NCBI GenBank assembly: GCA_017608405.1
Contig: JAFCFX010000003.1
Coordinates: 1 to 51,799 of the forward strand
Source: Candidatus Pacearchaeota archaeon
Lineage (GTDB): Archaea; Nanobdellota; Nanobdellia; Pacearchaeales; GW2011-AR1
Direction of reading: 5' to 3'
DNA length: 51,799 nt
In this document: one piece after another, positions 8,990 to 18,734 of the stretch
Numbering within the stretch: the stretch's first letter is position 1
How the letters are laid out: every line of letters starts with the position of its first letter
The notes under the pieces: model-generated
What the model saw: only the letters and a program-made list of their open reading frames with translations
The model's database searches: none
What the model was told of the DNA's origin: nothing
Program-made: the position numbers and the translations under genes

Positions 8990-10372
8990 TTAAAATTTCA
9001 AAAATTTTCCATTTGTTGTGAGGTGAGAAGTTTCTCCAAATTCATATCCAAATTCTTTTGCAAGCTCTATTAGGGGGGTTTCTTGTTGGAGTTTTCCGTG
9101 GGCAGGAATAATATGTTCGGGTTTTAACATTTCCATTATATCTCTTAAATCTTCTCTGCTTCCATGTCCATGTACATGAACATCTGTTTGAAGTTTAACC
9201 CCCATTTTTCTTAATCTATTATCTAATTTTTCCCTCCCCAAAATATTTACGGGTGTTGGGATAACGCTTGAAGAAAAAATTAAATGATCTCCTTGTTTAA
9301 AATTAAAGGGTGTGTCTCCTTTTGTTATCCTATCTAAGATTGAGTTTTCTTCTGCTTGATGGCCTGTACAAACAACAATGTATTTTTCTCTGTTTCTGTC
9401 TAATTTTTTTAAAAAAGAATTTATTTGTTTTCTATACTTAAACAAAGTTATATTTTTCTTAAATGGACACTTTCCTACTTCACTCGCAGCATTGACATAT
9501 TTATTGAGGCTTCTTCCTAAAAAAACTATTTGTCTTCTTGTTTTTTTAGCAAACTCAACTATATTATTTAATCTTTCAATATGTGAAGAAAAAGTTGTGA
9601 CAAAAAATGCTGCTTTTCTATTTCTCACTTTTGCAAATGCATCTTCCAACATATGTTTTGCAATTGTTTCGCTTCCTGGTTTTTTTTCTGTTCCTGCATA
9701 AAGTGCATCTACAACCAAGACCTTTACCCCCTTTCTACCTAATTCTTTGAATTTTTTATAATTTGGAGGTCTTGCTCCAGGAAGAGTTGGATAATTATCA
9801 AACTTTAAATCTAAAGCATAGAAAAATATTCCTTCTTTTGTGTGCAATGCAATAAAAGTGCATTGAAGTGTTGAATGTGTTGTGTGAATAAATTCAACTT
9901 TGTAATTTCCACTTTTTCCTTTAATAGTATAACTTGAATCTTCTTTGACTATATTTATTTTGTTTCTAATTCTTATTTTTTCGTCTTCTAAAACTGCTGT
10001 CAAGACCTTCATTGTAAATGGTGTCCCATATATTGCTGCTTTTGGATATCTATTTGCAACATAAGGTACTCCTCCGACGTGATCAAGATGGGCATGGCTT
10101 ATGAAAATTGCACGAACCTTATCTTTCCATGCTTTTTTATCTAAAACAATATCATTTGGGATTGCTCCCACTTTTCTTAATTTATCTTCTGTGTATTGTG
10201 GGCCTCCTGCTTTTTTTAATCTATGAGTATAATCTAAAACACGTTCTTCTTGAAGTTCTACTATTCCGGGTATATATAGGCCTGCATCAAAAAGAAATAC
10301 ATCTTCTCCTACTTTCACAGCAGTCATATTTTTGCCTACTTCTTCATATCCTCCGACAGTGCATATTTCCAT
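8990..10372 (-). CDS. rnj: archaeal RNase J-like beta-CASP metallo-beta-lactamase ribonuclease
   Basis: SHAHLDHVGG (HxHxDH), later IHTTHS, VDALYAG and VHVHGHGSRED; 460 aa. Confidence 0.8.
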   Translation of the reverse strand: MEICTVGGYEEVGKNMTAVKVGEDVFLFDAGLYIPGIVELQEERVLDYTHRLKKAGGPQYTEDKLRKVGAIPNDIVLDKKAWKDKVRAIFISHAHLDHVGGVPYVANRYPKAAIYGTPFTMKVLTAVLEDEKIRIRNKINIVKEDSSYTIKGKSGNYKVEFIHTTHSTLQCTFIALHTKEGIFFYALDLKFDNYPTLPGARPPNYKKFKELGRKGVKVLVVDALYAGTEKKPGSETIAKHMLEDAFAKVRNRKAAFFVTTFSSHIERLNNIVEFAKKTRRQIVFLGRSLNKYVNAASEVGKCPFKKNITLFKYRKQINSFLKKLDRNREKYIVVCTGHQAEENSILDRITKGDTPFNFKQGDHLIFSSSVIPTPVNILGREKLDNRLRKMGVKLQTDVHVHGHGSREDLRDIMEMLKPEHIIPAHGKLQQETPLIELAKEFGYEFGETSHLTTNGKFLKF

Positions 10373-10629
10373 TTTTGTTTGTTCTTTCCTCTTTTATAAA
10401 ATCCTTAAGTAGGTCATGTTTAAAAAGTTAGTTATTAGAAAAATTCAAAATAATTATTTATTCTTATATTTTTTCTTATATTTTTTCTTTATAGATTGCA
10501 TTGTCTTATTCCAGAAATAAGGTTACCTCGATAAAAAAGATTTATTAAACCTCAACCTCAACAATCCTAACCTCTCTTTTTAACTTATTCAAAATTACAG
10601 GCTCTTTCTCCTGATAAAAAATACTGCTC

Positions 10630-10938
10630 TTAGTGTTTAAATTTGTATGACACTACTTTTGATTTGGTGGGGGTTTCAGGAGAAGTTTCAGAGAAAAATA
10701 CACACAATTGATCCTCAGTTATATCTGTGATTTTATCAAGTTTATATTTTTCTTTAAATTTTGAATTAAAAAATTTCATTTTTTCTCTTATAGTATTAAA
10801 TCTTATGTGACTTCTTGATCCCTTCACATTTTTGGTGGAAATATTGATTCCATTTTCCATATTATCGAGATATTTTAGTGTTATATCTGAATTATATTTA
10901 GTCATACTGGGATTCCTTTTTCTACAGAATTTCTCCAT
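10630..10938 (-). CDS. hypothetical protein (possible remnant of an integrase N-terminal domain)
   Basis: 102-aa ORF next to the tRNA pair. Only a weak resemblance to the SAM-like N-domain of tyrosine recombinases (ITEDQLCVFF); no catalytic domain. Confidence 0.3.
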   Translation of the reverse strand: MEKFCRKRNPSMTKYNSDITLKYLDNMENGINISTKNVKGSRSHIRFNTIREKMKFFNSKFKEKYKLDKITDITEDQLCVFFSETSPETPTKSKVVSYKFKH

Positions 10939-11074
10939 TTCTGATATCTCTCTTTATGTTTATAAGGATCTATTTTCATATTTTTCCTAAGTTTGCATTT
11001 TTTATATATGGACTGCGTCTAACTTACATAACTTTAGAAAAAGTACATCCCATTAATATTCCAAAACCAGTCTA

Positions 11075-11205
11075 TGCGCGGACCGGGAATCGGACCCGGC
11101 TCACCTCGTTTCTGCGAAAACACTGAAACCAGAGGTTTCGTGAACTTTCACGAATTAAAATTCGTGTCGTGGCAACGAGATATTCTACCAATAAACTACC
11201 CGCGC
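11075..11205 (-). tRNA. tRNA-Gly(GCC) with a ~60-nt intron at the canonical 37/38 position
   Basis: Hand fold: acceptor GCGCGGG/TCCGCGC plus A73, anticodon stem TCTCG/CGAGG, loop TTGCCA|intron|A, T-arm CCGGG-TCCGATT-CCCGG. Intron about 11110-11169. Confidence 0.8.
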
Positions 11206-11229
11206 ACAACTCGTAAGTAGATAAGATCA

Positions 11230-11301
11230 TGGTCCCACCAGGAATCGGACCTGGGTCTACTCGGTGTAAACGAGCCGTCTTAGCCATTGGACTATGGGAC
11301 C
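11230..11301 (-). tRNA. tRNA-Val(TAC)
   Basis: Hand fold, 72 nt: acceptor GGTCCCA/TGGGACC plus A73, anticodon stem GCTCG/CGAGT, loop TTTACAC, T-arm CCAGG-TCCGATT-CCTGG. Confidence 0.85.
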
Positions 11302-11396
11302 TTAAAAAAGACTATGTATTTTTCATTAAAAAGGTTTCTGTTCTTGTAAACTATGTAATAAGCAAAATATTTATACTTGATTTGTAAGTATTTTTT

Positions 11397-12059
11397 ATGA
11401 TAGAAGTTATTCCTGTAACAATTATTCCAAGGTATGGGTGTGTTTCAGAAACAATCTATAAGTTAGAAGAAATTGGGAATTCTTTTAAAACAAAATATCA
11501 TGAAGAAACAAAAACAATTTCTTCAGTTGTAGTTAATATTGCAAAAGATAACCTGCATAAACTTTTAGAATTACGTGAAATAGTTGATATCATGGCTCTT
11601 TCTTCTGTTGAAGCGACTATTTTAGATCAAAGTTACCAATCAAGAATTTTTCAAAACTTAAGAGTTTATTCTCCAAGATTTGAAAATCATAGGGGGGAAA
11701 TGTCGGGAAATGGGAAATCAGATGCAACCTATCATGGGATTATCACTCGTGACAACAAAATCAATAACAAACCTGTTAAATTATTATTACAATTTATTAA
11801 ACCAAATGCAAAGACCTCTAACCATTACCATAAAAAAACAATTGAATTTTTTCTTCCTTTGCTTGGAAAAACACTTCTTTATTGCAATAAAGTGGGGGAG
11901 ATTCATCCGAAAATACAAAATTTAAAAGATTTTGTTTTTACAAAAATTATGCCAAGAACTGCTCACCAACTAAGGACCAAAAACACTCCTTGTGTTAATC
12001 TACTCTGTATGGAACCATATGATCCTAGACTAAGAGACCATTTCTATGTTAATTCTTAA
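11397..12059 (+). CDS. cupin-domain protein
   Basis: NHYHKKTIEFFLPLLG fits cupin motif 1 HxH(x)4E(x)6G, and PRTAHQLRTKN fits motif 2; the N-terminal ~120 aa are unassigned. Confidence 0.55.
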   Translation: MIEVIPVTIIPRYGCVSETIYKLEEIGNSFKTKYHEETKTISSVVVNIAKDNLHKLLELREIVDIMALSSVEATILDQSYQSRIFQNLRVYSPRFENHRGEMSGNGKSDATYHGIITRDNKINNKPVKLLLQFIKPNAKTSNHYHKKTIEFFLPLLGKTLLYCNKVGEIHPKIQNLKDFVFTKIMPRTAHQLRTKNTPCVNLLCMEPYDPRLRDHFYVNS

Positions 12060-12141
12060 AGTAATGCTAAAGTTTAAAGGATAAAGTAATAATTGACTTA
12101 AATTAGCAACATTTATAAGGGAATAGTGTATTTTTTTCACT

Positions 12142-13719
12142 ATGGAAAAGGATAACAAAACAAAAGATTCAGAATCGAGTATTCCTGAGATGGAGATTGA
12201 TAGAAAATATTCAGAAAAAAAATCTGTAGTAGAGTCTCCTGAAAAAGCTCAAAAAGAAATGGAGAAGACAAAAAAAGAACTTGATAAAATAAAGAATTTT
12301 ATTGTGAAAAAATATAATTATGTTCAATCGATAAGTCTTTTGCCTCCTCAAGCAACTAAATTATTTATTGATGAAGAAGAAGTTCCAAAAGAAACAGAAA
12401 AATATATGCACCTTTATGTTATTGTCCCAGAAGAAAAACTTAAAGAAATTCCAAAAATAAAAACAGAAGTAGTTAAACAAATTGATTCTCTACAAAAAAA
12501 TTTAAAGCAAAAAATCTGGCTTCAAGTAAAGACACCTATTGATGTTTGGGAAATGTGTTTAGACAGTAAATTTGAATTATCTGCTGCTGTTTCAATGTCT
12601 TTTCCACTTTATGATAAGGGAATTTTGGGGGCAATGAGAGTTGCTGAAATTCACAAATCTTTAGTTTTGCAAAAGTTTGAAAAATATGTTGTAAGTTATG
12701 TTATTGGGGGTAGTTTAGTCAGAGGGGAGGCTGTTAAGAGTTCTGATGTTGATGTTTTTGTTATTATTAATGATACAGATGTAAAAAAAATGCCAAGGCT
12801 TGAGCTTAAAGAAAGACTCAGGAGTATTATTTATCAATATGTTGGTGAGGCAGAATCACTTGCAGGAGTAAAGAATAAACTTTCTCCTCAAGTTTACCTT
12901 TTGACTGATTTTTGGGAAAGTGTAAAGGATGCTCATCCTGTTATTTTTACTTTTATTAGAGATGGGGTTCCAATTTATGATAGAGGAACATTTATGCCAT
13001 GGAAAGCTTTGTTAAGAATGGGAAAATTAAAACCTTCTCCTGAAGCCATTGATATGTTTATGTCTATGGGAGACCAGACAGTAAAAAGAGCCAAAAGAAT
13101 TATGTTAGACATTGTTATTCAAGATATTTTCTATGGTGTAAGCACTCCTAGTCAAGCATTGTTAATGTTATATGGATTGCCTCCAACAAATGTAAAAGAA
13201 ACTGTTAAAGAAATGAAAAGAATTTTTGTTGACAAAGAAAAAATGCTTGAGAAAAAATATTATGATATTCTTGAAGAAATCTGTATTAAATATTATAAAG
13301 GTTATGAACATGGAAAAGTAAAAGAAGTTACAGGAAAAGAACTTGATAGGCTTCTGAAAAACATGGAACTTTATGTTAAGAGATTAAAAGAATTAAGAGA
13401 ACAAATTGATAAAAAGGCGCAAGAAAGAACAATTGAGCAGATTTACAAAGATGTTTTTGAATTATTAAAAACAATTGTCAAAACAAAATCTCAGGTGGCA
13501 ACTATTACTGAATTTGAAAAAGATTTTGTAAAGGCAGGCAAATTTACTCCTCAACATTTAAGGATTTTAAAAGATATTGTTAGTGCTAGATCTGATTTTA
13601 AAAAAGGTAAATTAAATGCCCATAAAGTTGATCAAGCTAGAAAAAGTGCATCTGTGTTAATTAATGATTTAATAGAATATAATCAAAGATGTGAATTATT
13701 GAATAATAAAAAGGAGTAA
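12142..13719 (+). CDS. Pol-beta-superfamily nucleotidyltransferase with a helical C-terminal domain (long paralog)
   Basis: IGGSLVRGEAVKSSDVDVFVII (GS...DxD minimal NTase motif); GKLKPSPEAI...ALLMLYGLPPTNVKE helical module shared with ORF 15939-16790. Confidence 0.6.
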   Translation: MEKDNKTKDSESSIPEMEIDRKYSEKKSVVESPEKAQKEMEKTKKELDKIKNFIVKKYNYVQSISLLPPQATKLFIDEEEVPKETEKYMHLYVIVPEEKLKEIPKIKTEVVKQIDSLQKNLKQKIWLQVKTPIDVWEMCLDSKFELSAAVSMSFPLYDKGILGAMRVAEIHKSLVLQKFEKYVVSYVIGGSLVRGEAVKSSDVDVFVIINDTDVKKMPRLELKERLRSIIYQYVGEAESLAGVKNKLSPQVYLLTDFWESVKDAHPVIFTFIRDGVPIYDRGTFMPWKALLRMGKLKPSPEAIDMFMSMGDQTVKRAKRIMLDIVIQDIFYGVSTPSQALLMLYGLPPTNVKETVKEMKRIFVDKEKMLEKKYYDILEEICIKYYKGYEHGKVKEVTGKELDRLLKNMELYVKRLKELREQIDKKAQERTIEQIYKDVFELLKTIVKTKSQVATITEFEKDFVKAGKFTPQHLRILKDIVSARSDFKKGKLNAHKVDQARKSASVLINDLIEYNQRCELLNNKKE

Positions 13720-13722
13720 AGC

Positions 13723-13730
13723 TTTATAAA
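13723..13730 (+). promoter_or_regulatory. TATA box (aaagcTTTATAAA) for the L35Ae gene
   Basis: TTTATAAA ends 21 nt before ATG 13752. The same AAAG(G/C)TTTATA(A/T)A motif recurs before other genes and before the rRNA operon. Confidence 0.5.
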
Positions 13731-13751
13731 TTAAATTTCTTGATATTAATC

Positions 13752-14012
13752 ATGACAAAAGGTAAAGTTATACAATTTAGACGTGGAAGACGAACCTTTC
13801 ATAAAAGGCATTTTTTAATAGAAATACCTGGGAGCAAAAACAAAGAAAATGCTAAAAAATTTGTTGGAAAACAATTAGAATGGAAGTCTCCTGCAGGGAA
13901 AATAATCAAAGGTAAAATTTCAGCTACTCATGGGAATAATGGGGTTGTGAGGGCTATTTTTGAAATAGGTCTTCCTGGCCAAGCAATTACAACAGGGGTT
14001 GAAATAAAATGA
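13752..14012 (+). CDS. rpl35ae: ribosomal protein L35Ae (eL33)
   Basis: GKVIQFRRGRRTFHKRHFLIEIPG...GKISATHGNNGVVRAIF; start set at ATG 13752 (the tracked start is a TTG). Confidence 0.85.
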   Translation: MTKGKVIQFRRGRRTFHKRHFLIEIPGSKNKENAKKFVGKQLEWKSPAGKIIKGKISATHGNNGVVRAIFEIGLPGQAITTGVEIK

Positions 14013-14224
14013 AAGATCTATGTAATGGAAATGGATGTGAATTTAAGATAATTTGTCCTCGGCCAAGAAAAATTGAAAATTTATCTAAAACATCTAAAAA
14101 TCCAAGAAAATATTCAGATCTGACTTATTCTCTTTCACCAAGTGTTTGTTCACAATATCAAGGATTTAAATCAGTTCAATATATGTTTAAATAAAATGGC
14201 AAGTTTAACTGAAATTAAAATTTC

Positions 14225-14246
14225 GTTTGAATGCTTCCATTCAAAC
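14225..14246 (+). promoter_or_regulatory. 9-bp perfect hairpin in the L10e leader
   Basis: gtttgaatg-cttc-cattcaaac, ending 12 nt upstream of ATG 14258. Confidence 0.35.
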
Positions 14247-14257
14247 AACGCAAAAGA

Positions 14258-14797
14258 ATGGCATCATTAAGAAAAGCTACAGCATATTCTAAGAAAAAGG
14301 TCACACCTTATACACGAGTTAGTAAAAAAAAGAGCAGGTCATTTGTTAAGACAGTGCCACAACAGAAAATTGTTAAATTTGTGATGGGAAAACCTTCGCT
14401 TCATGATAAAGAAAAATTCAAACACGAGTTAACTGTCATATCCTCTGAAAAAGTCCAAATTAGACACAATGCTCTTGAAGCATGTAGACAGTATATTAAT
14501 AAAAAACTTGACAAAGAATTGGCAGGACAATATGTTTTCAAAGTTATTCCTTTTCCTCACCATATTCAAAGAGAAAATAAGATGCTTACTGGTGCTGGAG
14601 CAGATAGAATGCAGACAGGAATGCAATTGGCATTTGGAAAGCCTGGTGGAAAATCCGCAATTTTAAAGAAAGGAAGTAAGATATTTTTTGTTGGAGTCCC
14701 AAATTCTAGGGCAGTTGTTTTTGCAAGGAAAATCTTTAAACAAATTAAGTCAAAATTGCCTTGTAAAACTCAAATTTTATATGAAGAAAGAAAGTAA
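14258..14797 (+). CDS. rpl10e: ribosomal protein L10e (uL16)
   Basis: MASLRKATAYSKKKVTPYTRVSKKK..., RHNALEACRQ, FPHHIQRENKMLTGAGADRMQTGM; start set at ATG 14258. Confidence 0.9.
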   Translation: MASLRKATAYSKKKVTPYTRVSKKKSRSFVKTVPQQKIVKFVMGKPSLHDKEKFKHELTVISSEKVQIRHNALEACRQYINKKLDKELAGQYVFKVIPFPHHIQRENKMLTGAGADRMQTGMQLAFGKPGGKSAILKKGSKIFFVGVPNSRAVVFARKIFKQIKSKLPCKTQILYEERK

Positions 14798-14809
14798 GGA
14801 ATAGGCTTC

Positions 14810-15217
14810 TTAAAGAAAATTATAAACTGCATTAAGATTATATAGTGCAGCAGCATATGAGGCAGCGCCAAAGGCATATAGAGCTATATCTCCGAGAGGA
14901 ATATTGGTGTTTAAACCTTTTTCACTTTTAACAAATTTATTGAGAAAATATGTGCCAGTCAAAATAAGAGGTTGTGTCAAGAGGTTGTCTGCAAGAATAC
15001 CCTCTGGATTTCCTAAATTTTCTATTAACCACCTTACTCTTGGATTTGCTTCTGCAGAAGATCCAAATTTTGAAACAAAATCATAAGTGCTAAGACTATC
15101 ACAAATCTGTCCAGAAACAAATAAAGCAGCTGCCCTAGAATAATTTTTATTCTTAACTATGAGATCCTTTACTTTTTTACTCATATTCAGGGTTCTACTT
15201 TCAAGTTTTTCTTGCAT
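14810..15217 (-). CDS. hypothetical membrane protein (possibly DUF5658-like)
   Basis: 135-aa ORF with hydrophobic helices and an AEANPRVRW (E-x-NP) motif; family recalled from memory only. Confidence 0.4.
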   Translation of the reverse strand: MQEKLESRTLNMSKKVKDLIVKNKNYSRAAALFVSGQICDSLSTYDFVSKFGSSAEANPRVRWLIENLGNPEGILADNLLTQPLILTGTYFLNKFVKSEKGLNTNIPLGDIALYAFGAASYAAALYNLNAVYNFL

Positions 15218-15325
15218 TATATTTTTTCGAACTAAGCTTATTTAAATGTTTCTTATGTATTAACTACCTAATGGTAACAAATAGAAAGATTTATAAACAT
15301 AAAATACTCTGAAATATCAATAAAA

Positions 15326-15934
15326 ATGACAGAAAATATAGTTGATAAGTTGAGGTATGATTGGCACAAGTTAGAACTAGCTGAGGTTGCAGGAGAATAT
15401 CTTGACCAAGGAAAAGAAGGATTGCCTCTAGCTAAAAAATCACTTGAATTACTCTTGGGTGATATAGAATATGATGATCCAGCAATAGTTAAAACAATAA
15501 CAAATGACCAGGTTATACCTATAACTCTTAAAAATCAATTAGATACTTATTACCAAGGCTATAATGCTCAAACAGTAGATAATCTTATCGACTATCATGG
15601 AGGCACTATTGAAAAATATCTTGAAGGAGATAGTGGAAAAGTAAAAGAAAAATTAACTCCAGTTTTAGGCATGAAATATTCTGATATTAAAAAACAAATA
15701 AAAAAAGCAGGCCACATACTTGAAGGCGATGAAAATAAACTTGAAGCAAACACAAAAGAGGAAGTAAAAGAAGCAGAAGAAACTATGAAGAAATATGGTC
15801 TAGCTTATTACACAATCATGAACCTTGAGCAAAGAAGAAAATCTGAATTAAGATCAAGAGTTGAAGATGCTGCTAGTAAAGATTTTTTTATAAATAATTA
15901 TCTTAAAGAACCTCAAGAAGGGGACGCAGAATAA
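15326..15934 (+). CDS. hypothetical protein
   Basis: 202-aa ORF preceded by TTTATAAA at 15290-15297 (28 nt before the ATG); no motif recognised. Confidence 0.5.
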   Translation: MTENIVDKLRYDWHKLELAEVAGEYLDQGKEGLPLAKKSLELLLGDIEYDDPAIVKTITNDQVIPITLKNQLDTYYQGYNAQTVDNLIDYHGGTIEKYLEGDSGKVKEKLTPVLGMKYSDIKKQIKKAGHILEGDENKLEANTKEEVKEAEETMKKYGLAYYTIMNLEQRRKSELRSRVEDAASKDFFINNYLKEPQEGDAE

Positions 15935-15938
15935 TCCT

Positions 15939-16790
15939 CTAAAGAGTGTCTTTAACTAACTTGGCCATGACATCTATAAATTCTTGAGTTTGGTCTTGCC
16001 ATTTATCGATTTCAACACCTCTGAGATTTTTAATTTCCCCATGTGTTATTTTTTTGTGAAGAATAAGTAATCCCCTGTACCAGGCAACATATTTCATTTT
16101 TAATTTTCCTGAATTAACAAAAACTTCTTTTAAATCAACAGGCACATGTTCTGGTGAGGCAGGAATTTGATTTGCTGCAATTAAAGCTGCATGTGCAGAA
16201 TCAACCATTGCCCAATATAACCCTTCAACTGAATTTAATTCAGAAATTTTACTTCTTGCTAAATGTGTTGGAGCTCTTTGAAGAGAAGTATAAACTGCTT
16301 CTGGTGTCGCCTTTATTTTCCCTTTAACTAATAAAAACTTTAAGGGTTCAAAAAATCCTGCCATATCAATCATTGCCTCGCCATGTCTTAATACATTAAG
16401 GATCACTGGATCCCCCTTCATTAAATCTTCCCACCAAGTACTTAATTTAATTGTATTAATATGCAAGTTTTTCTGATAAGGATTACTTCTTAAAATTTTA
16501 TCAAGTTCTGTTCTATACCATGCAATTAATTCTTGATCCCAAGTTACAGAAACATCATCAAGAACAATAATAATATCAACATCAGAACCAGGCACATTTG
16601 TTTGTTTTATTGTTGAACCAAACAAAATAATTGATTTAATGACCTTATCAAATTTCTTATAGGTTTTTGCTGCAAAATCCATTGCAATATCTGACTCTCT
16701 TTTCAATTGCAAAGTTGGAATATTTTTCTTATTTATTTTAGATTTCTTTCTATGTTTAGTTTTTTTCTTAGAAGTTTTCTTTTTCACCAT
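15939..16790 (-). CDS. Pol-beta-superfamily nucleotidyltransferase with a helical C-terminal domain (short paralog, KNTase-like layout)
   Basis: ILFGSTIKQTNVPGSDVDIIIVLDD NTase motif; KGKIKATPEAV...AALIAANQIPASPEHV module paralogous to ORF 12142-13719; Lys-rich N-terminus. Confidence 0.6.
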   Translation of the reverse strand: MVKKKTSKKKTKHRKKSKINKKNIPTLQLKRESDIAMDFAAKTYKKFDKVIKSIILFGSTIKQTNVPGSDVDIIIVLDDVSVTWDQELIAWYRTELDKILRSNPYQKNLHINTIKLSTWWEDLMKGDPVILNVLRHGEAMIDMAGFFEPLKFLLVKGKIKATPEAVYTSLQRAPTHLARSKISELNSVEGLYWAMVDSAHAALIAANQIPASPEHVPVDLKEVFVNSGKLKMKYVAWYRGLLILHKKITHGEIKNLRGVEIDKWQDQTQEFIDVMAKLVKDTL

Positions 16791-16841
16791 CTTTATTTAT
16801 ATTAAGTTTATTTACTTTTTAAATTTACTGAATTAGAGTAG

Positions 16842-18704
16842 TTATTCCATTGGTGCTCCACCCATTCTGCTTCCTTGTCCTCCTCCACGTTGCCCCCCAA
16901 GTTCTGCAGGTAATTGTGAAAATCCAGAACCAAATGTTTCGTAATTCCCAGCCGGAAGCATTTGACCATAACCTGAAAAATATCCTTGTTGTAATCCACT
17001 AATCTGGTTCCAATATAGGTTGCCTGAAGGATATACTGGAGAACCTAATCCCTGCAAACTAACAGGATAAGGTGACTGGCCAAAATGCTGGACAAAACCT
17101 CCTGCTTCTACAATTTTATTCACATCTGTGACTCCTTGTTTTTCAAGCTCTTCTAGAATTTCCTTAAAAGGAACATTTCCCATTCCAGGGGGCAAGTGAC
17201 TATCACCATATCCAAAATTGTCTGTTAAATGGACATGTTTTACATACTTTGCAATTTCTTCAACTTCTTTTCTAAGATCTTTGTCTTCAAATCCATGTTT
17301 TTTTGCAATATTTAAGTGGCCAACATCTAAAGTCATTCCAATCATCTTATCTGCTTGTTCTTCTGCTGCTGAACGAGAATGCCCCTTTTCCATTGCTTTA
17401 TCAACAAATTTTTTCTTTGTTTCTAAAATTAACTCCTTCATTCCTGGCAACCCTTTTTCACCTTCTTTTTTCATTGAAAAAGCCATTCCAGGATAAAGAT
17501 TTTCAATAGAGATTGTTGGTGCTTTGCCTTTATATTTTTCAAATGCCTTAAATGCAACATTTGCAAAAGTTTCTGAAGACTTTTCTAGTGCAAAATTCTC
17601 AATAGGAACATATAATTGTGGCTCTACTCTTTTTAAATTCATGATTAATCTTTGAATTGCTTGGGATTGTCCTTGTACAGATTTATTATCTTGCAAATCT
17701 TTTGTAAATTCCTCTGAAGCCTTTGTTAATAATTCTTTATCATCTTCTGATCCAAATTTATATGCTTTATGAAACAGTCCACTAAGATATTGACGACTAT
17801 TTTCCAAATATGTTTTAGCATTTTCTATATGTCCCATTGCTTGGTTTTGCTCTGGAGTTAAATCTTCCCAATCTAATCTTCCTGCTTCTCTGTCTTTTTG
17901 TAAATGTGCTATTTGAAGAGCATTTTCATTTAAGATTCTGTCTGCACCCTCTTTATAATAAATAATCTGGGATAAATTATTATCCCATTCAGTTGCATTT
18001 AGATTTTTTAATTCTTGCATAGGATTTAATGTTCTTCCTTGCTTAAGTGGGGTTTGGGTATAAAGTGTTTCTTCTGGTTTTTCGCCCTTTCTAACTTGTT
18101 CTATTTGTTGCTGTGTTATATCGGGTTTTAATTCTTTTCTATCTGGATAAAACTTCTTTTCCTCTTCAAGTGGAGCCATTTTCCCTGTTTCTTGATTAAT
18201 GACAATTAATTTTTGGAGTTTTTTGCCTTCTTTTGTTTTTTGATATTCTGATCCAGGGATTCCTGCAGAATGTATTGTAACTGGCATTCCTCCTTTGTCA
18301 TCCATATCCATGGCTCGAGCAATATCGTCTTGCAATTGTCTTTCTGCAAGTTGTCTGTTTGACTCACTCCATCCTTGTTCGCCTATTCCAGATGGCTCTA
18401 CAATTGGAGCGTGTAGAGAAACTTTTGCTCCTGCTAATTTTGCTTTACGTCCTATTTCCTTAAAATGTTGTTTAGGAACCTGGTCAAAGGCCTCTTGTGG
18501 CAAAACAGTCACTTCTACTGGCACAATTCCTTGATTTAATAACTGATTTACTTGTTGAATCTGGTTTGCAGTATCAGGCTTAGTATTGGCTCCAACCTGG
18601 CCAGCAGCAACATGGTAGCCTATAAAAACATCACCATAACTAGGACTAAAAGAAGAAGTACCTCCCTGATAGAAATTTCTTATTGAATAATCTCCTCTTT
18701 CCAT
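16842..18704 (-). CDS. xylose-isomerase-like TIM-barrel (AP endonuclease 2 family) protein with a ~230-aa insertion and a Gly-rich tail
   Basis: VSLHAP, VTIHSAG, ISIENLYPG, LDVGHLNIA and VHLTDNFGYGDSHLPPGMGNVPF fit the barrel metal-site pattern. A charged insert lies between strands. C-terminal GGQRGGGQGSRMGG. Confidence 0.55.
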   Translation of the reverse strand: MERGDYSIRNFYQGGTSSFSPSYGDVFIGYHVAAGQVGANTKPDTANQIQQVNQLLNQGIVPVEVTVLPQEAFDQVPKQHFKEIGRKAKLAGAKVSLHAPIVEPSGIGEQGWSESNRQLAERQLQDDIARAMDMDDKGGMPVTIHSAGIPGSEYQKTKEGKKLQKLIVINQETGKMAPLEEEKKFYPDRKELKPDITQQQIEQVRKGEKPEETLYTQTPLKQGRTLNPMQELKNLNATEWDNNLSQIIYYKEGADRILNENALQIAHLQKDREAGRLDWEDLTPEQNQAMGHIENAKTYLENSRQYLSGLFHKAYKFGSEDDKELLTKASEEFTKDLQDNKSVQGQSQAIQRLIMNLKRVEPQLYVPIENFALEKSSETFANVAFKAFEKYKGKAPTISIENLYPGMAFSMKKEGEKGLPGMKELILETKKKFVDKAMEKGHSRSAAEEQADKMIGMTLDVGHLNIAKKHGFEDKDLRKEVEEIAKYVKHVHLTDNFGYGDSHLPPGMGNVPFKEILEELEKQGVTDVNKIVEAGGFVQHFGQSPYPVSLQGLGSPVYPSGNLYWNQISGLQQGYFSGYGQMLPAGNYETFGSGFSQLPAELGGQRGGGQGSRMGGAPME

Positions 18705-18734
18705 GTTTTTATGAGTATAATTTTATTTATTAAT

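Noticed and set aside
11072-11287. 71-aa minus-strand ORF
   Set aside because: It lies entirely over tRNA-Gly (with intron) and tRNA-Val; the open frame comes from the GC-rich tRNA sequence.
14009-14194. 61-aa ORF between the L35Ae and L10e genes
   Set aside because: It has no recognisable family and an odd composition. It may simply be intergenic leader sequence containing the L10e upstream hairpin. I left it uncalled rather than rejecting it firmly.
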